A DNA stretch of 63,449 bases, counting the filler, from Aduncisulcus paluster (lineage: Eukaryota): NCBI GenBank assembly GCA_024181965.1. It is 11 parts of 11 records of this genome, joined end to end, with 100 filler letters (N's around TTAATTAATTAA, not from the genome) between each part and the next. Parts side by side here need not be neighbours in the genome. Positions count along the whole stretch, not along the records: positions 1 to 5,521 come from BQXS01012283.1; positions 5,622 to 7,615 come from BQXS01012286.1; positions 7,716 to 8,966 come from BQXS01012287.1; positions 9,067 to 10,622 come from BQXS01012288.1; positions 10,723 to 11,872 come from BQXS01012292.1; positions 11,973 to 13,952 come from BQXS01012300.1; 5 more parts are not named here. One strand, given 5' to 3'. The notes below the pieces were generated by a model that saw only the letters and a program-made list of their open reading frames with translations, made no database searches and was not told where the DNA came from. Shown here piece after piece: positions 1-12,020 of the stretch. Positions within the stretch are counted from its first letter, which is position 1; each line of letters begins with the position of its first letter. The position numbers and the translations under genes are program-made.

Positions 1-1738
1 ATCTCATTACTACACATCGAAATATCCTCCGTATAAGTGAAAAGAATGGTGGAATAGTGAGAGATTCCATTTCTTTCAGTTTATCCAGAGTATGTTGAAC
101 GGTTGAAGAGGTTGGTGTGGAGGAGGACGCTGACCCCATAATATGAGAGAAATGGAATGAAGATGAGCTTGATGTGGAACTGCTCGTGCTAATCCCTGAG
201 ATGCTTTTCATCTGCTCTGATTTCTCCTCTTCGATCGTTCCCAAGGCGTTCCTCAGTTTTCCGTAAGCTTCTTCTCTCTCCACATGGGTCTTTTGTACCA
301 TCAAGTAAAGCAATCCAATACATAATTGGGGAACGATAGAGAGTGATAAAGGGTGAAAGAGTGATACGATAAGCAGGGAAAGAGTGGAATGGCATAAAAT
401 AAACACTCTGATCGATTGGAATGAAGGGAAAGGATCCAAAAAAACATGGGAGGGGTAAGCAAAGAATTCGTACAAATAACCAACAGTGAGGGAAATCACT
501 AAAATGAATACTTGGAGCATTAAAAGAGCGAATTTTGACTGATGAATCCTATTTCGAACAATATTTTGGACAATTTTAGACTTGGGAATATCCCAACCAT
601 GTGGATAAATTTGTTGCATCTTCTTCTTCATCGATGACAATTCTGCTGGAGAGATGGAATTATCCAGATCTTTTGTCCCTTCTTCTCCGTTATTCCAGGC
701 CTCGTGTTCGTCCTGATGGATAGCCCACTGCAGGAGATCATTGAGGGCATCAATAAGGGGTGTTGATCGACATCGGTAGAGTCGTTTAATAGAAGGGTGT
801 AAGAAGTGGTCCTCAAGCTGATATTCTCTATCAGGAAGTTCTTCGTTGTCATTTTGGTAAAGCCTCTTGAAATCAATGCGTGAGAGGATGAGTTCCTCCT
901 CCTCGAAATCTTCTTCTTGCTTCTCGTCATCATCTTGCTTCTCGTCTTCTTTCGGATCATCCTTGAAATCCTCTTCACTTCCCCGTTCTGAGCTTCGAAG
1001 AGATGCCACAGATGATGGGCCATCCTTCATCATGGCTTTCCGAGAAGCCTCAGTGCCGTCACGGAATTCATCTGAATGATTCGGAAAAAGGAAATCGGGA
1101 AGGCTTGAAAAGTCAATTCTGACACCACGCTTGAAAATCCACCCTCGTTTATGCATCCCGACACACTCACATACACAGGGAGCCACGGCATTGTCTGCGA
1201 GTTCTATGATGTCTCCCTTGACAATCAAAGCTGGGTGCATTGGAATTGGTGAAGAATGTGGAGTCTTACGATATACAACTTCTATACTGTTCGACACGAA
1301 AGGGAGGGAAGATGATGTATGATAAGATGGATATACAGCAGAATATCTTGAATCAGACCAACTCTTTGAGAGATGAGTCGAAAGAGTGGCAAAATCTTTT
1401 CTCTTGGCCGCATGATATAATAATAAGGCACGGTGTTTAATGTCAAACACTTTAAGGTAATCAGATAATGTCCATCCAAATATATTAAAGAAAACAAAGA
1501 TTCCAACAACGGAAAGTTCGAGATAAGAAGTAGAATTTGGGAATATAATTATTGTCGTGACGTGAACCAAAAAGACTAATAATCGGAACAAACCAGATGG
1601 TTTCAAAATATTAACTAATAAGCAGCGGAGTATGTAACTCCATTCGGAGGGAAATTTATCCAAAAATTGCTTTAATTCATCAGCTAACGTTGATTTGATA
1701 TTCTGGGAAGATACACCAAGTCTTCTTTTTGGTGCCAT
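1..1738 (-). CDS. TMEM94-like / P-type-ATPase-related membrane protein, N-terminal part (runs off the left edge; missed by the ORF track)
   Basis: Manual translation from ATG at 1738 (MAPKRRLG...) gave no stop in the stretches read down to position 2. It has hydrophobic helices, LIVKGDIIEL (actuator-like) and YRCRSTPLIDALNDLL, which I recall resembling TMEM94 LLVEGDII and FRVLETPVID. Confidence 0.5.
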   Translation of the reverse strand, partial: MAPKRRLGVSSQNIKSTLADELKQFLDKFPSEWSYILRCLLVNILKPSGLFRLLVFLVHVTTIIIFPNSTSYLELSVVGIFVFFNIFGWTLSDYLKVFDIKHRALLLYHAAKRKDFATLSTHLSKSWSDSRYSAVYPSYHTSSSLPFVSNSIEVVYRKTPHSSPIPMHPALIVKGDIIELADNAVAPCVCECVGMHKRGWIFKRGVRIDFSSLPDFLFPNHSDEFRDGTEASRKAMMKDGPSSVASLRSSERGSEEDFKDDPKEDEKQDDDEKQEEDFEEEELILSRIDFKRLYQNDNEELPDREYQLEDHFLHPSIKRLYRCRSTPLIDALNDLLQWAIHQDEHEAWNNGEEGTKDLDNSISPAELSSMKKKMQQIYPHGWDIPKSKIVQNIVRNRIHQSKFALLMLQVFILVISLTVGYLYEFFAYPSHVFLDPFPSFQSIRVFILCHSTLSLLIVSLFHPLSLSIVPQLCIGLLYLMVQKTHVEREEAYGKLRNALGTIEEEKSEQMKSISGISTSSSTSSSSSFHFSHIMGSASSSTPTSSTVQHTLDKLKEMESLTIPPFFSLIRRIFRCVVMR

Positions 1739-1979
1739 CGAGATATACAAATCAAATTATTTTTTGATAACAAAAAGTAAAAGATATCAGAGGAAAAATC
1801 TTTATATACTTCCCAAATGATGATTCTATCGATTCAAGACGAAACAAGTTATTGCCAAAAATCTATTACAATATCTTAACAAAAAACATATTTTTACTCA
1901 AAAATATACTTTAATTTAAGAAAATATCTGCTGCTATCATTCGCTGAAAAAAAAATGAGATAAATGATCATTCCACGGG

Positions 1980-2515
1980 GTATGAATCGCTCTATAAGTT
2001 AAGAATTGCATTGATATTCTATGTGGATCTTAAAAACATCTTTTTCTAAAATTGATTTTTTCTCAAGTTGAGTATAAAGTGGAGCTGAATTCGAAGTCAT
2101 TTTTCTGAAGTCTGGGGAGGGATGCCATCAAAACAAAATGGACTCCATTCATATGGCATTTGATTTATATTTGAATTTGATTCTTAAATAAATGTAATTT
2201 TATCAGAAATGGCGAATAGATGAATGTCCAGGCCTTTNNNNNNNNNNNNNNNNNNNNGTATGAATCGCTCTATAAGTTAAGAATTGCATTGATATTCTAT
2301 GTGGATCTTAAAAACATCTTTTTCTAAAATTGATTTTTTCTCAAGTTGAGTATAAAGTGGAGCTGAATTCGAAGTCATTTTTCTGAAGTCTGGGGAGGGA
2401 TGCCATCAAAACAAAATGGACTCCATTCATATGGCATTTGATTTATATTTGAATTTGATTCTTAAATAAATGTAATTTTATCAGAAATGGCGAATAGATG
2501 AATGTCCAGGCCTTT
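1980..2515. repeat. Direct duplication (1980-2237 / 2258-2515) around a 20-N gap; probable unmerged scaffold overlap
   Basis: The same 258 bp appears on both sides of N2238-2257. Confidence 0.9.
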
Positions 2516-5500
2516 TGCCCACCTTGTCATGGATTTCATGAATATCCAGAGTATATTTAGGGGCGGCAAGTCCCATGACTCTATCATTGATGTCATCAAC
2601 GATGATGGGCTTCTCGATGATGAGAAAGTAAGGAAGGTCTTCTCTCATATGAAGTTTCTCCAAGAATTATCAAGTGGAAGTGAAACCAAATTTTTAGATT
2701 TTCTTCAAGAACATATCTTTACTGCGCTCTCCTTTTATTTGCGGCCTATTCTTCAAAAGAATATGGAAGATCGTGAAAAAAAGATGATAACACATATTTC
2801 AAAACTTTTTCCACCAAACACAAATAATTCAAGTTATGACGACATTAAAAAACAATTGCTTGGGAAGATTATTAAAAACCGTCCTCTTCTCCGCCGACTG
2901 TTTTACTGTTTACGGTGTCTACTATTTGATGAAGAAATTAAAAGGTTTAAATCAGGATCTAGAGACGCCTGTTTTCACCTTGCCAATGATTTAAATCCTG
3001 ATAACATTAGTGTTTTTACATCTACTGAAAAAATTGTAGTATCTAAGGAATTCCGCGAGAAAAAACTTCCAGAACATATTCAAAAATATTCTGAAGAGGC
3101 AATTACTAAAATGCTCAAAATTGAAACGGTTTTTAAACCACACACTGCCTTATGTTCTTCCGTTCCAGCCAAAATCTTCCATGAGATCGTAGATGCTGAA
3201 ATTGACAGAATTTGTGGCTTTTGTCCGGAGTGTTTTGCTCCATATTTGAAGGACAAAGAGATATATGGGTCTGGAGACGAACATTTACGTCATTTGGGAA
3301 TCATCTTCGATGGTCTTTCAAAATCTGAATCTGGTAAGGGTTCTGGATCTCGGCGGACTGATTCAATACCTCCCAATCCTCTTCGTGTTAGAGCTGATCG
3401 TGCCAATAATATTTTGGTAAATCTTGCCCTCCACTTTCCCCATGAGCTTGGAGAGTTCTTACAAGAGAATGCTGACTGCACCCATATCATTGCCCGTGCT
3501 TCTCCTGTTCCCTGTGTTCAAGATCTTATTCTAGCGATGCTCACTGGAGATATCTATACTCAATCCAATACTTCCATCCGAATGATCAGAGATCCCATCC
3601 AACAACACATTAAGGAACGAGAGCTTCTTATCCGTGTTCTGTGTGATCAAGGCTTCATCATTCATGTTTTTGGAGCCTTTGTACAATGTGGTGTCAGTCT
3701 TGCTCTTCCCTCCTTCTCTGCCATGCTCGGTTCCATCATTACATTCATGTTAAGTTCCCATATGACTCATTGGGGAGGTTTTGACGTCCTTGGATGTGCT
3801 CTTATGCTTGTAACGGGCGAAAGGAGAACTCTCTTGGAAGAGAAGAGGGAACAGATCATTCTGGCTGTCAAAGAGGAGAAAGAGTTAGAAAGTGAGGAAG
3901 AAAAAGTTGAAGAAGATGCATTCAATGGTGAATTCCAGAATTTACATCCAGATCTATCCGATGAAGATCCAAATGAAGAGGAAGAAGAGCTTGATTCAAA
4001 GGAGGAAGAAGAGGAGAAGGATAATGAACTCACTCCACCTGAACCAGAAGAGGGAACGAGTGAGGTGACATCTAATGAGGAATTCCCTGTGGAAGGCTCG
4101 AGAGTCTTTCTTCCCCCTACAACATTGCCCTCTACAGCCCCTATATGGTTTAGCATTGACAGATATAACAGGCTTCACATGTCACATGTCCAGAACTTCC
4201 TTAAATACATGGGAGAAGGACTCATTGGTCTAGTCTCTCGGCAGAAAACTCTTCTCTTACCACGACAACAGTGCATATTCGAATGGAAGGACACTCACGT
4301 TGGTGTCAAGAAGAATTGGGTTTCTGATAGGATCGACGAGTGTTTATTTGATAGCCGTAAGATTAGTGACGCCCCTGTGCTTGCCTGCGTGAGTGATGAT
4401 GGACAAATAGAAGAAGAAGAAGTGGAAGAAGAAGAAGCGGAAGAGAGTGTTGAACAAGAAGGAAAGGAAGAAGAGGGAGAGAAAGGGGATGTTGATATTG
4501 CTACTGCTTCAGAGCTTGAGAATGATGATCCTACTATCGATGTCTCCTCCGTCCAAGATCCTCAAATTGCTCCCGATGAGATCACTGTTGATTCTGATGC
4601 CCAAGTTGATCCACCCGTTCCTGACGGTAATCTACATGTTTCCATGGATGGTCTGAATAACGAAACCGAACAGAATATTATTCGGAATGAGCTTCTATCT
4701 CTAACACTGATCCAAAGTAGCTGTTTGGCCATTCTCCCAATATTGCGTGCCATTATATGTGAGGAACAAGTCAGCGAACATATCGATAAGAAGGATGTGC
4801 AAGATTCATCCGACCCTCTTCATGTATTTCACACAAAACCAGAGATGTTTGTTGAACATTTTGATGCATCAGCTCCCTCCATTGCAACCTCCTCAACACC
4901 CACTTCCTCCTCTTCTTCCTCTTTCAATGCTTACGATGATGATGACGCGTCGAATGACGAGGAACCTTCTCTTCCTGATGTCGGTAATGAATCCGACACA
5001 ACCCTCATGAAATTACGGATTCCTTTGTCCTCAAAGGCCTATGTTCTCCGCACAAACGATAGATCGCATGGTCGATGCTCTAGCGAGGTGTTACTTGGAC
5101 GATATGTACACGACATTGAGAAGCAACGCAAAATTTCGCAAATGGATTCCGTGTCCGATCTTGCCGAACGGATTTCTACAATTACCGTTGAACCTGAAAA
5201 AGACAAAGACGATGTGCCTCCTCTCTTCCAAAAACGTGTTCGTGCTCCGTTTTGGCCGTATCTCTATGAAAAGAAGGAAGAGTTTGAGATGATGAAGGCA
5301 AATACCAAGCAAGGGTGGTGCTGGAACTCGAATGGTGTTTTAACTCCTCAAGAAGAGAAATTTATGTGCCTTGGTGAGGGAAAGACTGACGTTACGACCT
5401 GCACCATTTGTACCACTGAGTCGAATATCTCTGCCTCTACCTCCTCCTCTTCTCACGGCAGACCTGTAGTCATCGATGACGAAGGCGAAGGACTATCCAG

Positions 5501-5521
5501 ATCAGACGATACGGGAGTTGA
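2502..5521 (+). CDS. SAPS / SIT4-associated (PP6 regulatory subunit-like) protein, 3' truncated
   Basis: ORF of about 1000 codons. The segment NNILVNLALHFPHELGEFLQE...VQDLILAML...LIRVLCDQGFIIHVF resembles the SAPS helical domain, followed by acidic tracts. The stop in the ORF track comes from the linker. Confidence 0.55.
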
Positions 5522-5621
5522 NNNNNNNNNNNNNNNNNNNNNNNNNNNNNNNNNNNNNNNNNNNNTTAATTAATTAANNNNNNNNNNNNNNNNNNNNNNN
5601 NNNNNNNNNNNNNNNNNNNNN
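5522..5621. other. Artificial contig linker N44-TTAATTAATTAA-N44 (also at 7616-7715, 8967-9066, 10623-10722, 11873-11972, 13953-14052, 16470-16569, 18787-18886, 47615-47714, 59645-59744)
   Basis: Identical 100-bp structure with a six-frame stop core occurs ten times. Confidence 0.99.
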
Positions 5622-7615
5622 ATTCCTTCTCCTCTTCACAGGGCTGGAATGAACATTGAGGATTTTGTTGTTGAAACCAAGGGGAAAAACGCTGGAGTAT
5701 TTGCAAAATATGACGCTATTTTCCGTGTGTTCTCTGAAGAAGCGACTCTGGGTTCACATACATGTATCATAGAGAATTCTCTTAGTGATTCTGTCACATT
5801 ATCTTCCTGTCTATGTATTGGTCAATCAGGTGTCCGTCCATTGCTCTGGAATCGTCCTTCCTCTTCCTCTTCCTCTTCCTCTTCCTCTTCCTCTTCCTCT
5901 TCCTCTTCCTCTCTTTTGCATACACCATTAAGTGCAGAAGGCAAAGAGATACCTGTTGGATCCAGTGGTAATAATATCAGCAATACTAATAATACTGATT
6001 ATTCTTGTCATGAAATGTCGAGAGAAAGATGTGAGAATAATATCCATAAGAATTGTAAGATAAATGAAGTGATTGGTGGTTCTTATCAAGGTAATATGAT
6101 GTTCACTCCGGCTTACTTTGACTTTTGTAAGGCAATATGTGACAAAGATGTTATGCAAGAACAAGAAGCAGAAGAAAACAGGAGAATGGAACGTGAAGAG
6201 GAGAGAAGAAAGAGAGAAGAAGAAGAAGAAGAAAAGGAAGAAAAGCAAGAAGAAAAGGAAGAAAAGTCACCAAAATCTGAAAAGAATAGCAAAAAGAAAA
6301 AAGAAGGAGACGAAAAAGGAAAAGGAAAAGGAAAAGGAAAAAGAAAAGAAGAACCAGAAGAACCAGAAGAACTTAAAGAACTTAAAGAACTTAAAGAATC
6401 TGAACCCAAACCAATTTCCAATGATATAACCTTTACTGTCCAACCTCACTTCTTGCAAAGTCCTCTCTCAATCTCTCTTCCTTCAATATCCACTGATTGT
6501 TCAAGATGTTATTATACTAACCTTCAAGATCATGAAAATGAAAGGAAGGAAAGAGAAAAGAATGATGTAAATGTTAATGCAGATTCTTCAATTTCTAAAG
6601 AAAAGAAAGATACCAGCTTAAAACATGGGAAAACTGCAGGAACCAAGAAAGACTTGAAGAGTAATAATGAATCAGCGGCCTCCGAGGGATCTCAAACCAA
6701 CACTGAAGATCAACACTCGGCTCTTGTCAACCAATTATCCCTTTCCTCGAGTCAGTTTTCCCTTCCTTGTCAAAGAGCTCTGAGTGTTTGTGACGGATTT
6801 GTCGTCACGTGTGGATTTGGGTCTGTTTGCGCAAGGAAGAGAATGAGTGAACAGATCTGGCAAGTTCCCTTTGGATTCGACACCCACTCTGGTCTGATCA
6901 TATCTCTGAGTGAGAAGGTTAATTCACATATTTTGAATGAAGAAAAAGAGAAAGAACTTGAACTTTTGTCACTCGAAGAGGAGAAGGAAAATGAGGGGAA
7001 GAAGAAAGGTGGGAAAAAGATCAGTAAGGAATCATCTGGAGATAAAAAGAAAGGGAAAAATTCAGATTCAGACTCAAACGATGAAAAAAAAGATTCTGGT
7101 GATTCTTTCTTCTCTGCTATTGAAGATCACATTTCCTACATTCCGCCCTCTTCACCGTCGACAACCGAATCATCAATCCGGTTAGAAGAAGGAATCAGAA
7201 TCGGTGTCAGTGTGATTGCTAGACCATTTTTAGATCGGTGTGTCCATAACATGGCTCTAAAAAAAGAAATTGAAGCTGCAAGTGATGGTCTTGATGATGA
7301 TAATAAGGCTCCAAAAAAGGGGAAGAAAGAAAAGGGAGAAAAAGGAAAAGGAAAAGGCAAAGGAAAAGGAAAAGAACAAGAAGAAGAAGAAGAAGAAGAG
7401 GGTGAGATTATCTTGTCTCTTCCTTCTCTTCCTCCTTCTCCTCCCTCTCCTGTCAGCACTTTATGTATTAATTTTCCACAAGGTCTCTCTCTGTCGATTC
7501 CTCTCTCCTCTCTCTCTTCCTCGCCTCTGATTGGAACCCCCAGTCTTTCCATGATCTATGTTGATCTTTCAATCTCTTTGTCTTCTCCTTTAGCTTCTTT
7601 CATTTCCACGGAGAC
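5622..7615 (+). CDS. Internal fragment of a large low-complexity (Ser/Glu/Lys-rich) protein of unknown function
   Basis: ORF spans almost the whole contig, with poly-S, EEE/KGKGK tracts and no recognisable domain. Confidence 0.7.
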
Positions 7616-7715
7616 NNNNNNNNNNNNNNNNNNNNNNNNNNNNNNNNNNNNNNNNNNNNTTAATTAATTAANNNNNNNNNNNNNNNNNNNNNNNNNNNNN
7701 NNNNNNNNNNNNNNN

Positions 7716-8506
7716 ACATCTGGCGGTTCAACTTTATATGAGGTCTTGCGATTATCGGAAGAATCGCCAAACAATCCACCACCAGAACTCTTGCTATCAC
7801 TGGAACCAAAGAGATCTCCATTGGAGGAAGAAGAAGAGCCAAAAAGACCACCGCCAGAGGAACTACTGGAACTACCTCCAAACAAACCACCGCCTGAAGA
7901 TGAAGAGGAACCAGAATCACCGAATAATCCGCCGCCAGAGGAACTACTGGAACTACCACCAAATAAACCACCGCCTGAAGAAGAAGATGAACCAGAATCA
8001 CCAAATAATCCACCACCTGATGAGCTGCTAGAACTACCTCCAAACAAACCACCGCCTGATGATGAAGAGGAACCAGAATCACCGAATAATCCGCCGCCAG
8101 AGGAACTACTGGAACTACCACCAAATAAACCACCGCCTGATGATGAAGAGGAACTAGAACCACCAAATAGACCGCCTCCAGAGGAACTACTAGAACTACC
8201 ACCAAATAATCCACCACCAGAAGATGAAGAAGATCCAAATAGTCCTCCACTTGACCCAGAAGAGGATGAACCACCAAATAATCCACCCCCAGTTGAAGGT
8301 TTCGAAGAAGAATCGCCGAATAATCCACCACTACTACTGGAAGAACTACTGCCACCAAATAGACCTCCTCCACTTGACGAAGAATCACCAAACAAGCCAC
8401 CAGACCCACTAGACCCACTAGATCCACCGAATAATCCACCTGAAGAGCCCATATTAGAGTATGATTTAACTCTTTCTACCCATAAAGGAACGGGTTGACC
8501 CGACAT
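7716..8506 (-). CDS. GLFG-repeat (FG-nucleoporin-like) protein, 3' truncated
   Basis: ATG at 8506 (MSGQPVPLW...), then about 18 (G)GLFG motifs with Ser/Gly spacers; 81-bp higher-order DNA periodicity (for example 7851 vs 7932). Confidence 0.65.
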
Positions 8507-8689
8507 ATTTTTGAAATGCAAGAAAACCAACAACTTTGATATCAAGCCTGGAAAGTTGCCAATTTGAAATTAAGTGATTTTTATTTGCGAAATAATGTCT
8601 ATATGAACAGATACCTGAAGAAAGTCTCTCATAATCGTTGTCAACATCCACATGAAGAAATTGGATCCTTTTGACTGAGATAACATTAT

Positions 8690-8966
8690 ATGGGAAAATT
8701 GAACACATTTTTTAATCATGTGGTGAAATGTCCACTTCTTTGTAATACATGGTTGAATGACACTTTGTTTGTTTGTGGTGGCGGTGGTGGAAAGGCTAAA
8801 ACTGGTGTTAAAAACTTAATTGAGCTCTATCAGATTGATGATGCCGATCTTTCTACTCCACTATGTCGTTGTATTGCCTCTCAAGATCTTGAAGAACATG
8901 CTTGTATCGAAGTACATCAACTCACTCCATGCTTTACTACTGACAATGGATATCAAACGTTAATTC
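8690..8966 (+). CDS. SEC12: Sec12/PREB (Sar1 GEF), N-terminal fragment
   Basis: FVCGGGGGKAKTGVKNLI matches the Sec12/PREB K-loop (GGGG.xKTGxxN) near the N-terminus. Confidence 0.75.
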
Positions 8967-9839
8967 NNNNNNNNNNNNNNNNNNNNNNNNNNNNNNNNNN
9001 NNNNNNNNNNTTAATTAATTAANNNNNNNNNNNNNNNNNNNNNNNNNNNNNNNNNNNNNNNNNNNNGTTTTAACACATTCCATCCGTTTTAAAGAACCCT
9101 TTAATTTTGATGTTTCTATTTTTAGACTATCTATTTATAGAACTTGTATCTTTCAAATGCCTTTAAACCTGAGGATACAACACGATTTGTGTCATATGAG
9201 TTGATTAATGATGGTTTTTCTGTGTGTTTATATGTGTATCGATCTTCTATATTGTGATGTACAACTTCTGTTCATCTCAATGTCCCTCCAAAAGTCACCA
9301 TAAGATCTACCTTTCTTCTATTTCCTCGATTCTGATGTCATTGATATCATTTTAACCCAACGATTATCTACTATTATGATGTTTTGCTTTAGTATTACTT
9401 CATGTTTGTTGACGCTGGTCTTATGACATATCATATGTGATTCACTTATCCAGGATGAGTCATCCTTCACTCTTCTCTCTCAGTAAAATGTAGATTGACA
9501 TCCATGTGAATGTTCATGCGCTCGAGAGACATTGGTTTGAAATTTCAAAGTTTGAATTTCAAATTGAACAGATCGATCTTTCAGAGATCAATAAGACATG
9601 GTAGAAGATATATATATGGATTTATTACATCACCAAGGATATTGGAGTGCGAGAAGAGAGCACATTTCAAGAGAAGTGCTATTAATACCCATCCCATCCC
9701 AACACTGTTGAACCAACAGAGAATGTCCAATATCCTTAGAAATCGGTTGATTAGATCAGTATAAGAAAGGAATACATGACCTATACATTCTATATTCTAT
9801 TTATATAAATCATCCAATGAAAAAGAACTAAACACTAAT

Positions 9840-10622
9840 TCAATCCTGATCACTGCTATCTTCAGAACCGATTCCAACCATCAACCCTGCCCATCCACCA
9901 GAAAGACCACCACCGAGAGAGGTTTGGGCCCTCCCTCTTGGCCTGACACGAGGAGCTGTGCCAGGAACGAAACCAAGGGAAGACATAACAATGGGATGAT
10001 CATGATCAAAAGCAATCGGATGCAGCTTGGGTTTCCTGGCTTGTGAACTGATGCGATCTTTTTCTCTTATCCTACGTGTTCGATCATATTCGAGGGACGA
10101 ATAGGCCCTTTTCTCAGCAGCCGAAAGAAGGTAAGGCCGGGAATGAAGCTTATGATCTCTGATAGGCGAGGAATCAGGAGCAGCACCAAAGGCTGACATC
10201 GTCATATCAACCATTTCTATCCTCTTCTGCGTGTCCTTCTCATCACTATCACCTTCAGCAAGGGTCTTACGGAGCTTATCAGAAGCCGCAGAAGCAGCCC
10301 GAAGAACCTTACGCTCTTCACGAATCTTTCTCTTGCTCGCTTCCTCTTCCTTCTCAACGGAATGGCGAATGCTGTTAATTCGAGTGTACAACGATTGAAT
10401 CTCTCTTCCAAGAGTTTCTGCCCTTTTCTCTCCATCTTCTAACTCCCCAAATAGCTGATCAACATCAACTTTGCTCCACCTCCTCAACTTCTTAAGCTTA
10501 TTCTCCAACATTTCAAGTTTCTTCTCTTTGCCACTCTTCTTTTCCATAAGTTCAACCTTACTAAGCTCACGAACTTTTAATTCTTCGGTCAACTTGGAGC
10601 TAATCTGTTCCAATTTTGTAAC
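9840..10622 (-). CDS. Coiled-coil protein, C-terminal fragment
   Basis: About 260 open codons up to the contig end, with E/K/L-rich heptads. Confidence 0.65.
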   Translation of the reverse strand, partial: VTKLEQISSKLTEELKVRELSKVELMEKKSGKEKKLEMLENKLKKLRRWSKVDVDQLFGELEDGEKRAETLGREIQSLYTRINSIRHSVEKEEEASKRKIREERKVLRAASAASDKLRKTLAEGDSDEKDTQKRIEMVDMTMSAFGAAPDSSPIRDHKLHSRPYLLSAAEKRAYSSLEYDRTRRIREKDRISSQARKPKLHPIAFDHDHPIVMSSLGFVPGTAPRVRPRGRAQTSLGGGLSGGWAGLMVGIGSEDSSDQD

Positions 10623-10722
10623 NNNNNNNNNNNNNNNNNNNNNNNNNNNNNNNNNNNNNNNNNNNNTTAATTAATTAANNNNNNNNNNNNNNNNNNNNNN
10701 NNNNNNNNNNNNNNNNNNNNNN

Positions 10723-11675
10723 AGCCTCAAGCTAAATTAGCGAAAAAGATTTCTGAACTTTCAGGTTATGATGTTGCTATGTTTTTTGCTAATAGTGGTG
10801 CAGAAGCAAATGAAGGTGCAATTAAAATTGCTAGAAAATATGGTGAAACTAAATTTAACAACAAAAAATACAAAGTTATTACTTTAGAACATTCTTTTCA
10901 TGGAAGAACTATTACAACAGTAAAAGCAACTGGTCAAAGTGCAATGCATACTGATAATTTTTCACCATATCCTGATGGCTTTTCATATAATGCACAATTA
11001 AACGATATTTATAATTCTATTGATGAACAAACTGTTGCTGTAATGTTAGAATTAGTTCAAGGAGAGGGTGGAGTTCAACCATTTCCGAAAGAAGATATAC
11101 AAAAACTAGCATCATTTTTAAAAGAAAAAGAGATATTATTAATTATAGATGAAGTACAAACAGGAGCTTATAGAACAGGAGAGTTTTTAGCCTCTAATCT
11201 TTATGATATAAAACCAGATATAATTACTATGGCAAAAGGTGTAGGATCGGGTGTACCTATTGGTGTTGTTATAACTACACATAAAGATATATTTGAACCA
11301 GGCGATCATGGAAGTACTTTTGGAGGAAACTATTTAAGTACTACTTCTGCCCTTGAAGCGTGTACAATCTTAGATGAACTAAAAAATGATGGTACTTTAG
11401 ATGAAACTATTTTATACTTTGAAACTCAACTCAAAAAGTTTTATGAGTCTAATACAAATGTCTTTACGGATGTTGTAGGATTAGGGCTTATGAGAGGTTT
11501 AAGAGTAAAAGATGCTCAAACTCTTAGTTCTATTATAACCAAAGCATTTGAGCAAGGTGTTTTAGTTTTAAAAGCTGGAAAAAACACACTACGGTTTTTA
11601 CCACCACTTACGATTTCAAAAGAGGAAATAGCTGAAGGATTTAAAAGATTAGGAAAAGCTCTTGAAATGCTCTAG
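10723..11675 (+). CDS. argD: Acetylornithine aminotransferase (class III PLP), 5' truncated, bacterial (Campylobacterota-like)
   Basis: NSGAEANEGAIK, SFHGRT, ELVQGEGGV, IDEVQTG, DIITMAKG (PLP lysine), HGSTFGGN, LRFLPPL; strongly A/T-ending codons; overlaps the next gene. Confidence 0.92.
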
Positions 11676-11872
11676 TATTGTATGCTTAGCAATTTCTACA
11701 TCATTGTATGCAAATGATAGCCAAAATGATTATTTATCTCAATCGAAACAAGAGATACTTAATTATTCATACGATAAAGCAATACAAGATAGTAAAAAAT
11801 TAAAAAATGATTGGATTAATCCAATCACTTATAAATACATATATAATAATACAGAAACATTTGATACGACCA
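11662..11872 (+). CDS. Bacterial exported protein, possibly TolC-family outer-membrane efflux protein, 3' truncated
   Basis: TTG start overlaps the argD end; signal peptide (…STSLYA). The LKNDWINPI segment resembles Arcobacter-type TolC N-termini as I recall them. Confidence 0.5.
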
Positions 11873-12020
11873 NNNNNNNNNNNNNNNNNNNNNNNNNNNN
11901 NNNNNNNNNNNNNNNNTTAATTAATTAANNNNNNNNNNNNNNNNNNNNNNNNNNNNNNNNNNNNNNNNNNNNTTTATCCTCTCGGTGCTGTGTTAGTGCT
12001 CTTTGATGTTTTGTGAAACC

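Noticed and set aside
5566..5577. Recurring TTAATTAATTAA as a biological repeat or recombination site
   Set aside because: Always centred between two N44 runs; it is a concatenation spacer. Gene adjacency across these linkers is meaningless.
7746..8498. Pro/Glu-rich plus-strand ORF (250 aa) and the 259-aa Val/Leu-rich frame
   Set aside because: Antisense and alternate-frame shadows of the GLFG repeat.
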